Below, piece by piece: positions 42,101 through 50,891 of a stretch of 64,000 bases of DNA. The translations under genes and the position numbers were made by a program. The notes below the pieces were generated by a model. It was not told the origin of the DNA, made no database searches, and was given only the letters and a program-made list of their open reading frames with translations. The stretch lies in IMG/VR virus record IMGVR_UViG_3300050034_000098, positions 15,758 to 79,757 of that record, one strand, 5' to 3'. Source of the stretch: a virus. Each line of letters opens with the position of its first letter. The first letter of the stretch is position 1.

Positions 42101-42378
42101 TTAGGAGTGGATCTAGTGTAAAAGGAATTATTAATGAATTAAAAGAAAATAAGTGTGAAGCTTGCCAATTATTAAGAAGAAAAGGAAATAAAGAAATTTC
42201 AAGTTCTTGTGGAAATGCTATTGCAGAAGCCCTTGAAGAAGAGTATAATAATGGTAAAGAAGTAAAAGAAGTAAGTACCGATGGATTAATGAAGTGTCCT
42301 GAATGTGGAAAATACTCACTAAAACTTGATGGGCACTGCCAGACGTGCCAGGAATGCAGTTGGTCCATCTGTAATTAA
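39133..42378 (+). CDS. nrdJ: Class II (B12-dependent) ribonucleotide reductase containing an intein
   Basis: PAGR, SNC, RGGGIG, NPCAE, CNL.SINL, RSIGLGV.GLAD, SVAPTGTLS, GVEP, DNAISSTINLP; C-terminal TSCPD-like and Zn-ribbon regions. Confidence 0.92.
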   Translation: MNNKKWYDNEISQGIMKKKYFHDGETCFNDIATRISNIYSDDIKKEVYNALNKCDILPAGRTIAGAGLKGKKNVSLSNCYICESPQDNLESISKVDLDMSIIGSRGGGIGCSLDNIRPKGTIINNSAKYSDGVEFVLSKYNSTGESIGQNNRHMAMMMALSCTHPDIYEILNIFIKNEKLSAMNISIKFTDNFMQSVIDNKEVELYFKVESTGEEIRKTINAKEFFNKFCEVNKDFGQPGLIFIDRVQRNNLLSGYSEYQIEVSNPCAEFFGNSGNSCLTGDTIIRTIDGVRQLKELVGTSGMVYSTNDKYEKYDNVISKGTKEVYAVKLHNGLTVKATKDHKFLTTLGWKECKNLVVGKDSIVVNKVYNVFAVNDYDERYEMFGWMHGDGWYGTTTVGISFNYGDGDKDVKERLLPLFKEEFKCSTNSPLKDDDASYQLQCATQYAMQHCKDIGFVQQRACNKELPTSFYGWTLKQQISFIRGLMTADGFITGTTNAQVAFCSTSSKLIHQIQNFFYAIGLQSRLMATVFREELNRKPQYKLILAGKSAKNYHRIFGFSGSKKEDKFKPGIVDTRKDSFIIDSIEVCGNEEVFDILNVNDTNAFYANGMAVHNCNLQSINLYNLVKNKFTKDAKIDYDLLVKNVKLSIDMLNQTLDYGYDMQPLDMNRKCIDDWRSIGLGVFGLADMFVALGVGYGSKESVDLVADLFERINYTALEESCNLARINKPFGKYDWNKTKESGMIKELEFTNETLYNKIMKDGLRNGTLISVAPTGTLSLFAGGLAGGVEPLFKVSYERTTHSTEDKGIKFRVFAKSVKELLEYNNLPLTTSDEEIKKLFPFIIESQELNPTDRIRVQSIMQQYVDNAISSTINLPKGTTTEEISDIYLDSWKQGLKGITVFVDECKRANILGVTDKKDNEIVFDSIVPEKRRKIKKVNGNTYKKETSCVPSMYVTVNRNDAGDIFEVFTATSSGCKSNIGTITRLVSYALRSGSSVKGIINELKENKCEACQLLRRKGNKEISSSCGNAIAEALEEEYNNGKEVKEVSTDGLMKCPECGKYSLKLDGHCQTCQECSWSICN
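39964..40974 (+). mobile_element. Intein with LAGLIDADG homing endonuclease (337 aa)
   Basis: Starts CLTGDT, block B VKATKDHKF, LAGLIDADG motifs FGWMHGDG and IRGLMTADG, ends AVHN followed by extein Cys. Confidence 0.93.
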
Positions 42379-42410
42379 GGGACACTCTATAAAAAGGAGG
42401 GAATAAAATA

Positions 42411-42764
42411 TTGTTTAATATTTTTAACAGTAATAAAGATAAATTAAGAATTGAAAACATAAACAATCTGGAAGAAGAAATAAAAGATTTAAAATTAAAA
42501 ATTGCTTTAATCAATACCAAAATAGAAGACAATAAACATAAAAAATCCATTGTTGATTCTTTTGAGTCAAAAGAAATAGTAAATTCTAATAATCCTTGGT
42601 ATGGATTTCCACCTCGATTTACTTTTGATTTTTTTAATAATGGAACAATTGAATTGGATGAAAGAATAGATGATAAGACAAATAGAATTACTGTAATTAA
42701 AAAAGAAGATGTAAAATTATTATTAACATTATTAGATTATAATAGAGAAATTTTAGGAGAGTGA
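42411..42764 (+). CDS. Hypothetical protein
   Basis: ORF track, RBS AGGAGG. Confidence 0.6.
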   Translation: MFNIFNSNKDKLRIENINNLEEEIKDLKLKIALINTKIEDNKHKKSIVDSFESKEIVNSNNPWYGFPPRFTFDFFNNGTIELDERIDDKTNRITVIKKEDVKLLLTLLDYNREILGE

Positions 42765-42768
42765 TTCG

Positions 42769-43425
42769 TTGAAAATAGTAAAAAGAAGTGTAGAATTGAT
42801 TAATCCACCAACCTATAAAGATTTATTAGAAAAATGTGAAACAGCAGGTAGAACATGTTATAAAAGTGACAATATGATTAGTGAGGGATCGGCTGAAAGG
42901 CTAATCTCTTCATTAATTAAAAGTGGACATCATAGTATTTTAGAATTTGGTAATATTATGTTTAAAGTAGTTTGTGATCGCAAAGATCTTGCACAACTGT
43001 CAAGACATAGGCTTTTTTCTTTCGCAGTCCAGTCACAACGCTATGTAAATTATAGTAGTAATAAATTTAATAATTCAGTAACATTTATTCAACCAAATGG
43101 ATTAACATCTCCACAATTGTATATATGGAAAGAAAGTTGTTATAGAACTGAAAAAGAATATATGAATTTATTACAGTTAAAAGCAAAACCCGAATTGGCA
43201 AGAAGCGTTTTAAATAATTCGGTTATGACAGAAATGTGTATGAGTGCAAATGTTAGAGAAATTAGACATATGATTGATTTAAGAAGTGATATTCATGCAC
43301 AAGATGATATTAGATTAATTTCAAACTTATTATTAGATAAACTATATAATTTATATCCAGTATTTTTTAAAGATTTGGCAGAAAAATATGGTAGAAGCGA
43401 AGGAGATTTAATTAATGAAAATTAA
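42769..43425 (+). CDS. thyX: FAD-dependent thymidylate synthase
   Basis: GHHSILEF...QLSRHR..SF...SQRYV (RHRx7S motif), ELAR..L, LR....AQ.DIR. Confidence 0.92.
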   Translation: MKIVKRSVELINPPTYKDLLEKCETAGRTCYKSDNMISEGSAERLISSLIKSGHHSILEFGNIMFKVVCDRKDLAQLSRHRLFSFAVQSQRYVNYSSNKFNNSVTFIQPNGLTSPQLYIWKESCYRTEKEYMNLLQLKAKPELARSVLNNSVMTEMCMSANVREIRHMIDLRSDIHAQDDIRLISNLLLDKLYNLYPVFFKDLAEKYGRSEGDLINEN

Positions 43426-43843
43426 GATTAAATATTTTGATGAAACAATTGAAAAGTTAAATAAAACAGGTAAGGGTGACTGGATTGACTTACGGAGTAG
43501 AGTAGCAATCGAATATAAAAAAGGAGATACAATTAAGATTCCACTAAATGTTGCAATGGAATTGCCCAAAGGATATGAAGCAGTCGTAGCACCAAGAAGT
43601 AGTACTTATAAAAATTTTGGACTAATTTTAACAAATAGTTTAGGCGTTATAGACAATGCTTACAATGGCAATAATGATGAATGGAGTTCAGTTTGGTATG
43701 CTATTTCTGATGGGAAAGTAGAAAAGAATGATAGAATTTGTCAGTTTAGAATCCAAAAAAATATGCCAGTATTTGAATTTGATACTGTATTATTTTTAGA
43801 TAATCAAAATCGCGAAGGTTTTGGAAGTTCAGGCGTAAAATGA
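43415..43843 (+). CDS. dut: Trimeric dUTPase
   Basis: GDWIDL, PRSS, GVIDN.Y.G, DRICQ, R.GFGSSG. Confidence 0.92.
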   Translation: MKIKIKYFDETIEKLNKTGKGDWIDLRSRVAIEYKKGDTIKIPLNVAMELPKGYEAVVAPRSSTYKNFGLILTNSLGVIDNAYNGNNDEWSSVWYAISDGKVEKNDRICQFRIQKNMPVFEFDTVLFLDNQNREGFGSSGVK

Positions 43844-44118
43844 AAATAAGAATTGAATGTAGCGATTTAGATATTTATAATGATATTATAGAAGAATTTA
43901 AAGACGATACCGTAGCGGTATATGATAATACATTAAATACTATTCAATTTATGGGAAGAAAGATAATAATGAGAGAAATGTTTTATGCTGGACAAAAATA
44001 TCCAATTTGGACTATTCCAGAATATGGACCAGTTATACCAGTTAATATGATTGATACTAGAATAGTTTCTAGTGTTTTAAATGTAATTAAAGAATTGGAG
44101 GTGCTTTGCCTTTGTTAA
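43840..44118 (+). CDS. Hypothetical protein
   Basis: ORF track. Confidence 0.55.
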   Translation: MKIRIECSDLDIYNDIIEEFKDDTVAVYDNTLNTIQFMGRKIIMREMFYAGQKYPIWTIPEYGPVIPVNMIDTRIVSSVLNVIKELEVLCLC

Positions 44119-44459
44119 TTTATATTAGCTTGCCATTTACAGGTTGTGAAGAACAAAGTAAAAATAGATCAGCAGAAATTGCATTGCAGATTTTAAGAGA
44201 AATTCCAAATGCAACAGTAATTAATCCAGTCTTAAATTTTAGTTTTTGTGACAATTCGGTTTCATATAATAAATGTATTCAAATGTGTCTTGACTTATTA
44301 TCAAGATGTGATATAATTATATATGAAGGGAAAAGTAAAGGGGTTATTCTCGAACTCGAGAATGCTAAAAAAGAATGGGTTAAAATTATTAAGTACGAAA
44401 AAGATTTAAGTGAACTAAAAGAATATACAAATAAATACGAATTAAAGGAGAATAAATAA
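44106..44459 (+). CDS. DUF4406/DUF1937-like protein (nucleoside deoxyribosyltransferase-like fold)
   Basis: IYIS.PFTG...VINP...Y...C..LLSRCD.I...SKGV..E...A. Confidence 0.75.
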   Translation: MPLLIYISLPFTGCEEQSKNRSAEIALQILREIPNATVINPVLNFSFCDNSVSYNKCIQMCLDLLSRCDIIIYEGKSKGVILELENAKKEWVKIIKYEKDLSELKEYTNKYELKENK

Positions 44460-45013
44460 TGACCTGTGTTATTGGAATGGTTGGTAAACATAAATTGTAT
44501 ATGGGTTGTGACTCACAGTTAAGTACAGACTCATCTAAATTATTTCTATCAAAAGAAAATTCAAAAGTATTTAAAAATGGAGAATTTATATTTGGCTGTT
44601 GTGGATATCCTAGAATGATTTCACTATTAAGATATTCGCTTGCTGTGCCAAAGCAGTTAACAACACAAACTGACATAGTATATATGAACACAGAGTTTAT
44701 TGAATCTATAAGAACATTATTTACTGACAAGGGGTTTATGGGAAAGTTTTCAGATGGGGCTCAAAAAGGTGCTACGTTTTTAGTTGGGTATCATGGAAAA
44801 TTATATAGAGTAGATAATGATTTTCAGGTATTGTTATTAAAAGACAATATTGCTGGAGTTGGTAGCGGTGCAGAATATGCACTTCCAGCCTTATCAGCAC
44901 TTGAGAATACAAAAATTAAAACTTTAGAAAAGATTAATATTGCAATTAATTGTGCCAAGAAATATGATGTATATTCTGGTGGAGATATTTATATTGAAGA
45001 AATGGAGATTTAA
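44459..45013 (+). CDS. HslV/proteasome-beta-like Ntn-hydrolase peptidase
   Basis: After Met removal: Thr1, Asp17-Ser18, Lys in SKVF, and GVGSG motif. Confidence 0.8.
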   Translation: MTCVIGMVGKHKLYMGCDSQLSTDSSKLFLSKENSKVFKNGEFIFGCCGYPRMISLLRYSLAVPKQLTTQTDIVYMNTEFIESIRTLFTDKGFMGKFSDGAQKGATFLVGYHGKLYRVDNDFQVLLLKDNIAGVGSGAEYALPALSALENTKIKTLEKINIAINCAKKYDVYSGGDIYIEEMEI

Positions 45014-45015
45014 TT

Positions 45016-45408
45016 ATGTTACAAATTGACGAATATCATTACTTTTTATTATACATTCGTGATAAGATTTATAGAGCAGGAATTTTAGGAAATAAAGACG
45101 ATGCAATGGAATATTTTAAAACATATAAAGATGAAATGAATGTAAGTGCTCAAGTCACATATTGCGGAGTTTTCAAGTTGCCGTTTACATCAGATTTAGA
45201 CGATGTAGATAAAAGGATGGGTAATAACCACTTGCCTACCTTCACTATTAAGACATTTAAACTAATTACATTAATTATGACAAAAAGTAAAGCAGAAGAT
45301 ACATTTGAAAAACTTATGAGAAATCATGATTTAGTACGAGTAAATCAACAAAGAATTATTGATAGAGAAAAAGAAAAGGAGATGAAGAAAAATGAAAGGA
45401 ATAATTGA
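45016..45408 (+). CDS. Hypothetical protein
   Basis: ORF track. Confidence 0.6.
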   Translation: MLQIDEYHYFLLYIRDKIYRAGILGNKDDAMEYFKTYKDEMNVSAQVTYCGVFKLPFTSDLDDVDKRMGNNHLPTFTIKTFKLITLIMTKSKAEDTFEKLMRNHDLVRVNQQRIIDREKEKEMKKNERNN

Positions 45409-45521
45409 AATTATTATTGGAGTTGCAATTAATATTTTTTGGGTTGACGTTTTTAGAGAACCAAGTTTGTTAGTTGCATTTATGGGAGCATTAATTATTA
45501 TTTGTGGATTTAGAGATTTGA

Positions 45522-46151
45522 TTGGACTTGACAAACATGAGTGATATTATTGACGAAATTATAATTGAATTAAAAAAAGAACTATGTTCGACTGATTGGG
45601 AAATTAGATCAGCGGATGGATATTTAGGTGTAAGTCCCGATAACATAGTAAGTAAAAAAGATGAATACGATTATTTATGTGATGATTTTAGAGTTTGTTT
45701 AGAATTATTAAATGAAAAAGAATTAAAAGTATTTCAACTTCATATGATTAGAGGTTTAACCTCTGTGTCTTGTGGAAAAGAAATGAATTTAAATGATAGG
45801 ACAATTCGCAATCATGTAAAACATATCCGTGATAAAATTCGTGAAGAGTTTCCATATTTATACGAAGAATGGAAAAGTATTCGATGTGATACGTCTGAAA
45901 CAAATGGTTGCTATTCTTCTATTGGCTGTCTATCAGATTATTATAGAAATGCAAATTTAGGTGCTGAGTGGTGCAGAGATAATACAAAAGATAGAAAAGA
46001 GACATATAGGAAGGTTTATAAAAGTAAAAGTGGTTGCTTAATTCCTGAATATATGAATGAACGATTTGGTGATAGTAAAACAAAATGCGTTTATTGTGGT
46101 ATTAAATGCTTTAGAAAGAAAATGAACAAATTGGAGGAATTAAATGTTTAA
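45522..46151 (+). CDS. Sigma70 region-4/ArpU-like transcriptional regulator with Cys-rich C-terminus
   Basis: LELLNEKELKVF.LH.I.GLT....GKEMNL..RTI...V..IR.KI HTH; additional Cys residues including CVYC. Confidence 0.7.
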   Translation: MDLTNMSDIIDEIIIELKKELCSTDWEIRSADGYLGVSPDNIVSKKDEYDYLCDDFRVCLELLNEKELKVFQLHMIRGLTSVSCGKEMNLNDRTIRNHVKHIRDKIREEFPYLYEEWKSIRCDTSETNGCYSSIGCLSDYYRNANLGAEWCRDNTKDRKETYRKVYKSKSGCLIPEYMNERFGDSKTKCVYCGIKCFRKKMNKLEELNV

Positions 46152-46944
46152 TAAAAGTAAAGATTTAAGCGATAATATTAATCAACACGTGTTTAGTACT
46201 AGAATAGAAGCTGAGAAAATACTATTGGTAGTTTTAAGCGATATCCATTCAGGTGCAAATGACAGAGAGTACTTTAAAGAAACTATTGATTTTATTATGA
46301 GTATTCCAAACTGTTATGTTATTATAGGGGGCGATATTGCTGACCTCATTTTGCCAGGAAGTAAAGGCATAGTCCTTGACGAGCAAGTGGTTGGAGAAGA
46401 TCAAATTTACTCATTGGTCGAAGACTTAAAACCGCTAGTTAATGATAATAGAATTTTAGCCATAGGGGAAATGGGAAATCATTCATCTCGTGTTATGGAA
46501 AGTGCTTATATCAGCCCAAATAGAATGTTAGCTGTATTACTTGGTATTCCAAAACTTTATACAGGGGATATGTGCCTAGGATTTATTAATGTAAAAGACA
46601 TTTGTTATACAATTAGTGTTATTCATAAACATAAAAGAACTAAAAACTATTATGAATTTGCACGAGTCGATCTAATTTATAAAGAACATATTCACGAGCT
46701 TTCATATGAACAAAAATTAGTTTATGAATGGAACAAATACACTAAATCAGTTACGGTTGTGCCAACTTATGAAATTAATAATGGTAGTTTTTTAAACCTA
46801 GCTGGTTACGCAAAACGTGCAAATTACCGTCCTCAGTGGATTGGTACGTACTTTACCGTATTAGATGGTAAGAAAAGACATATTCAACCATTCATTGATA
46901 CAGATTTAAAATATGCAATTGATAGTGGTATGTCAATAATTTAA
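46144..46944 (+). CDS. Calcineurin-like metallophosphoesterase
   Basis: SDIH.G, GGDIAD, GNH, H, EHIH motifs. Confidence 0.85.
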   Translation: MFNKSKDLSDNINQHVFSTRIEAEKILLVVLSDIHSGANDREYFKETIDFIMSIPNCYVIIGGDIADLILPGSKGIVLDEQVVGEDQIYSLVEDLKPLVNDNRILAIGEMGNHSSRVMESAYISPNRMLAVLLGIPKLYTGDMCLGFINVKDICYTISVIHKHKRTKNYYEFARVDLIYKEHIHELSYEQKLVYEWNKYTKSVTVVPTYEINNGSFLNLAGYAKRANYRPQWIGTYFTVLDGKKRHIQPFIDTDLKYAIDSGMSII

Positions 46945-46991
46945 GCTAGACACATATAAAACAAGGTGATATAATAAAAGGAGAGTAAATA

Positions 46992-48485
46992 ATGAAAACA
47001 AGTATTGATGCGTTTGGAACTACAGTAAATATTAATGACGAAGTAATTTATTATAGTGGATACTCAGCATACTCCCCAATTAAGGGAGTAAATTATAAGG
47101 CATTAAATAAGGGAATTGTAACAAAGATTACCCCAAAAGGGGTTACAATAGACAAAGTAATTAATAGACCATCAAATAAAATTTATAAGTCCAATGATTT
47201 GCGAGTTTCTTTCTTAACAAAAATTGTATGTGAAATGCAGGATAGTTTAGTAGAATTGGCATATTTAGGAGGATTGCCCAATCAATATGGAAATAGCACA
47301 GGAAATCAAATTGCAATTAATGCACTAGAAAGATTTTATAGACAGATGGGAGTATCGGTATAGTAAAATTTTGTCAGATAAAATATACATTATTTATGAC
47401 GAAAGGATGACATAATGAATCATGTAATAATTAGAGGTAGTTTAGAAAAAGAAAGATTAATTAAGTTAGCAAAAGAAATTGTAGATAAAAATGATAAAGA
47501 AATAAAAAGACTTGATAAAATTATATATGATTGGGAAAATAGAGAAGGATCAATATTAAATAGATATTTTGGATATAAAAATGATAAGCGTAAAGAACAG
47601 GAATATTTAGGAGCATACACAACTCGCACATTTTATGGAAATGTTGGTGTATACAAATATTTAATTGAAGACTTAGAAAACTCTAATGATCACTTAGTTT
47701 CAATTCCGTGTTATTTATATAATTCTTTGAACAAGAAAGGAAACTAATAAATGAATAGAAATTTAGATGGAATTTATTTTAGAATTAAACGAGATAATAA
47801 ATATGAGAATATTTGTTTTAGCGATTTAACAGTTGAAGAAATGCAAGTAGTTATGAATGATAAGGGCATCCCTTGGTTAAGATCTATTTGTACTGAATTA
47901 GCAAATACTATAAAAGATATTGGGGAACAATTTAATATTGTAAATGGAGATGAAGATTAATGACAGTTGGAGAATTAAGAGAAAAGCTAAATGAATACGA
48001 TGATAATTTAGAATTATTTTTTAAAGATGAAGAATGGCACAATTGGAATCAACACGCAAAGCTAAGGGGGATAGAGATTGATAATCATGATAATTTGTGG
48101 TTCGTTGAAGGGGATGTAGTCGAATTTAATGAGGCAGATTTCAATGACTGATATAAACAAAATTCCAACAATAATAGATAATTCATTACTAAAAATAAAC
48201 CAATTAATAGTACACGGTAAATTACCGCCATGTGCAGATTTTAGTTTTTGGTGGAGTTATCTTGACAAGATAGGTTATAATATGATAAAAAGTATAAAAT
48301 CTTTTGATCTTTCTAAAATAACAGCAAAACAATATGGCGAGTTGGATTATGAATTATTTATAATAAACGAATATCAAGAGCAAGGTGAATTAACTGATAA
48401 CCAATATCTAGACTGGTTTATTGATGGATTGGCTGATTTTATTGAAGAGGTATATAATATATTAAAAGAGGTAAATAATGACTGA
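46992..48485 (+). other. Hypothetical ORFs (46992-47363, 47415-47747, 47751-47960, 47960-48151, 48129-48485)
   Basis: ORF track, RBSs. Confidence 0.65.
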
Positions 48486-48506
48486 TAAAAAAGGAGATGT
48501 TAAAAA

Positions 48507-48926
48507 ATGAATAAAAAATTAGAAATGACTAATTATGCACAAGAAATATTGGATATATTTAATGTGGTAATTAATGAGGATTTTAACATAGGGAATATAT
48601 ATGGTATATCTTTTGGGTTGAATCCATATCATTTTGATGAGTCTATGAATATATGTGATAATCATTGTAGAGAAAGCAATTATATTCTTCAAGAACTTAT
48701 TACAGGTAAATTAAAATTAATTAAAATTGAAAAATTTGTAGAACCTATTTATTGCGAAGAGGGTGAAGTATATAGCCATATTATGTCTAATGGATATCAA
48801 AGAGAATTACAATTTGTAGGTGGAGCTCAAGATTATTATAACAGAAAAATGAAGAATATGTTTCCTCGGGATACTAAATTACCACAAGCACAAATTAATG
48901 AAATTATTAAAGAAATGAAATCATGA
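48507..48926 (+). CDS. Hypothetical protein, paralog family member 4
   Basis: YHFDE...LITGK...KFVEPI...GEVY.HI..NG...KNMF...QAQINE. Confidence 0.7.
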   Translation: MNKKLEMTNYAQEILDIFNVVINEDFNIGNIYGISFGLNPYHFDESMNICDNHCRESNYILQELITGKLKLIKIEKFVEPIYCEEGEVYSHIMSNGYQRELQFVGGAQDYYNRKMKNMFPRDTKLPQAQINEIIKEMKS

Positions 48927-49923
48927 TAGATAAAAATGAATTAGAATTAAAACATGATATTAACGAAAATGTAAGTGCTACTGTGAATTTAAGTGAAGAT
49001 AAACAATCAATTAGTGCAGATTATAAAATATCTGATGCTACTATTTTATCAATGTCAAAAGATGACAAAGGATCTACGTCTGCTAAATTAAGTATTAAAT
49101 TTTAAAGGAGAATTAATAGTTGAATTATATTATATATGGAGTAATGACATTTATATTATTCTTATTTATAGTTGGGTTATTATGTTTTATTTATATCGCA
49201 TTGGAGGGCAATTATTAAATGACAGCAAAAGAAATTAGCGAAGAATTAGATAAGTTAAATAAAGATATTAATACTATTTCTAGTATTGTTATGAACCTAG
49301 AATCAGGCTTAGCAAGAGATGAATGGGGTAAAGTATTAGCAGTTTTAGGAAACGAAGTAAAGAAAAAGAATGATACCGAATATGAAGAAATAGGTAAATT
49401 AGAGTTGATTTGTCCTAAAGATTGGGATGGAGGTCTAATTAAATATGGAGATCAGAAATACAGAGTTAAATCTTGCGGATGTGATAATCTATAAAAGGAG
49501 ATAATTAAATGATAAAAGGTAAGCCATTATGTTTTGAAATTTGTAATTGTGGATACTATAACGAACATTGTTCTATTGAAACTGAAATTAATGATGAGTG
49601 TTCTGAATGTAAACTATATTTTGAGAATGCAATGAAATATAACCTTTTAGAAAGGGAATTAAATAGAAATGAAAGTAATTAAATTATTAAGTGAAATTTT
49701 TAAAGATATTATAGAATCTACCGAAGTAGCTAGTTTTATTTTTTTGATTGTTGGTGGTTTAATTTTTATGGGGATTGGTGAATTATTAAAATATATTTTA
49801 GGTGATTTATATTTTGCATATTTTATGGCAAGCTTATTTATGATCCTTATTAGCGGAATGTTTTGTCGTTCTATGTATTGTTTTTGTAGATATATTAAAA
49901 GAAAATGGAAAAGTTTAGATTGA
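48923..49923 (+). other. Last rightward small ORFs (48923-49105, 49219-49494, membrane ORF 49669-49923)
   Basis: ORF track. Confidence 0.6.
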
Positions 49924-49946
49924 ACCCTTAACGGGGTTCTTTTTAT
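49922..49946 (+). terminator. Intrinsic terminator ending the rightward region
   Basis: GAACCCT-TAAC-GGGGTTC-TTTTT. Confidence 0.85.
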
Positions 49947-49970
49947 TATACAATCCAACCTATCCCTATT

Positions 49971-50030
49971 TTCTTCTACAAACTAGTCATTTTTTTAACA
50001 TAATATTAGTACCCCCTATACTTATATAGG
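49971..50030 (-). repeat. Dispersed 60-bp element, copy B
   Basis: Minus strand CCTATA-TAAG-TATAGG (perfect palindrome)...TAATATTATGTTAAA...TGACTAGTTTGTAGAAGAA. Confidence 0.8.
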
Positions 50031-50048
50031 TATTTAAAAACAGACAAT

Positions 50049-50070
50049 AAAAAAGCCCCAATTAAGGGGC
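50049..50070 (-). terminator. Intrinsic terminator ending the late operon
   Basis: GCCCC-TTAATT-GGGGC-TTTTTT on the minus strand. Confidence 0.85.
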
Positions 50071-50075
50071 AAAGA

Positions 50076-50891
50076 TTATTTTGTAAGGGAACTTAATTTA
50101 TCAGTGATCTTCGTTTTAATAGCACTAATTTCTTTAGCAACAAAGTATTCAAATAATTCAATACCTGATAATTTAGCATCAATTAAAACGCATTCCCAAA
50201 AGTTTTTAGTATGTCTTGAGATCATTAATTGCGATTTGTAAGCATCTATTTTAGTAATAGAAGAATTAATAACCGTTGTCAACTGAGAATATAATGATTC
50301 TACAACTCCATCTTTTGTTAAGTCAGAAGTTGTTAGTGAAGTAGATAATCCATTAATTGCAGATTCGGCTGTAGCTTTAATTGTTTTCCAATCTTCACTT
50401 ACTGTCGTTGTACTAGTCTCAGCTGTTTTAACTGCATCTGATACTTTGCTAACAACTGATTCAACCGCACTGGTGACACCAGCTACCGTTTCTGCTACCA
50501 ATTTAATTATGCCACTAACAATACCATCATCACTTGCAACTATAGTCACTGTATTTGTAGCATACCCTGTAGCTACTGCTGTAAAGGTATAAGATTCTCC
50601 ACTTGTGAACCCACTTTTTTCAATTGTTCCTGTTGCATCTGTCGTATACGTAACCACCGTACCATTGATTGTCGTTGACAAAGTTGCTCCCGTAATTAGT
50701 TCAGGGGTTGTCGCATCTGATTCTACTGTAATTTTTAATGTTGCCATTTTATTTACCACTCCATTTTCTCTTTTATTTATTAAATCATCTAAAAATATTG
50801 GTACATATTTGTCTGCTTTTTTAATTAAGTACGGCAAAATCCATGTGATAATTTTACCACCTATTGTTACAAACAGTTCATACATTTTCAA
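50076..50891 (-). CDS. Lysis-cassette protein: amphipathic N-terminus, Ig/prealbumin-like domain, Thr/Ser-rich helical C-terminus; possible internal start at 50747
   Basis: ITGATLSTT...YTTDATGT...G.SYTFTAVATGY resembles a carboxypeptidase-regulatory-like fold. Confidence 0.6.
   Translation of the reverse strand: MKMYELFVTIGGKIITWILPYLIKKADKYVPIFLDDLINKRENGVVNKMATLKITVESDATTPELITGATLSTTINGTVVTYTTDATGTIEKSGFTSGESYTFTAVATGYATNTVTIVASDDGIVSGIIKLVAETVAGVTSAVESVVSKVSDAVKTAETSTTTVSEDWKTIKATAESAINGLSTSLTTSDLTKDGVVESLYSQLTTVINSSITKIDAYKSQLMISRHTKNFWECVLIDAKLSGIELFEYFVAKEISAIKTKITDKLSSLTK

Noticed and set aside
49993-50020. TTATGTTAAA in element B matches the XerD arm of dif
   Set aside because: No XerC-like left arm at the 6-bp spacing, and other copies read TTATATGTTAA; probably coincidental
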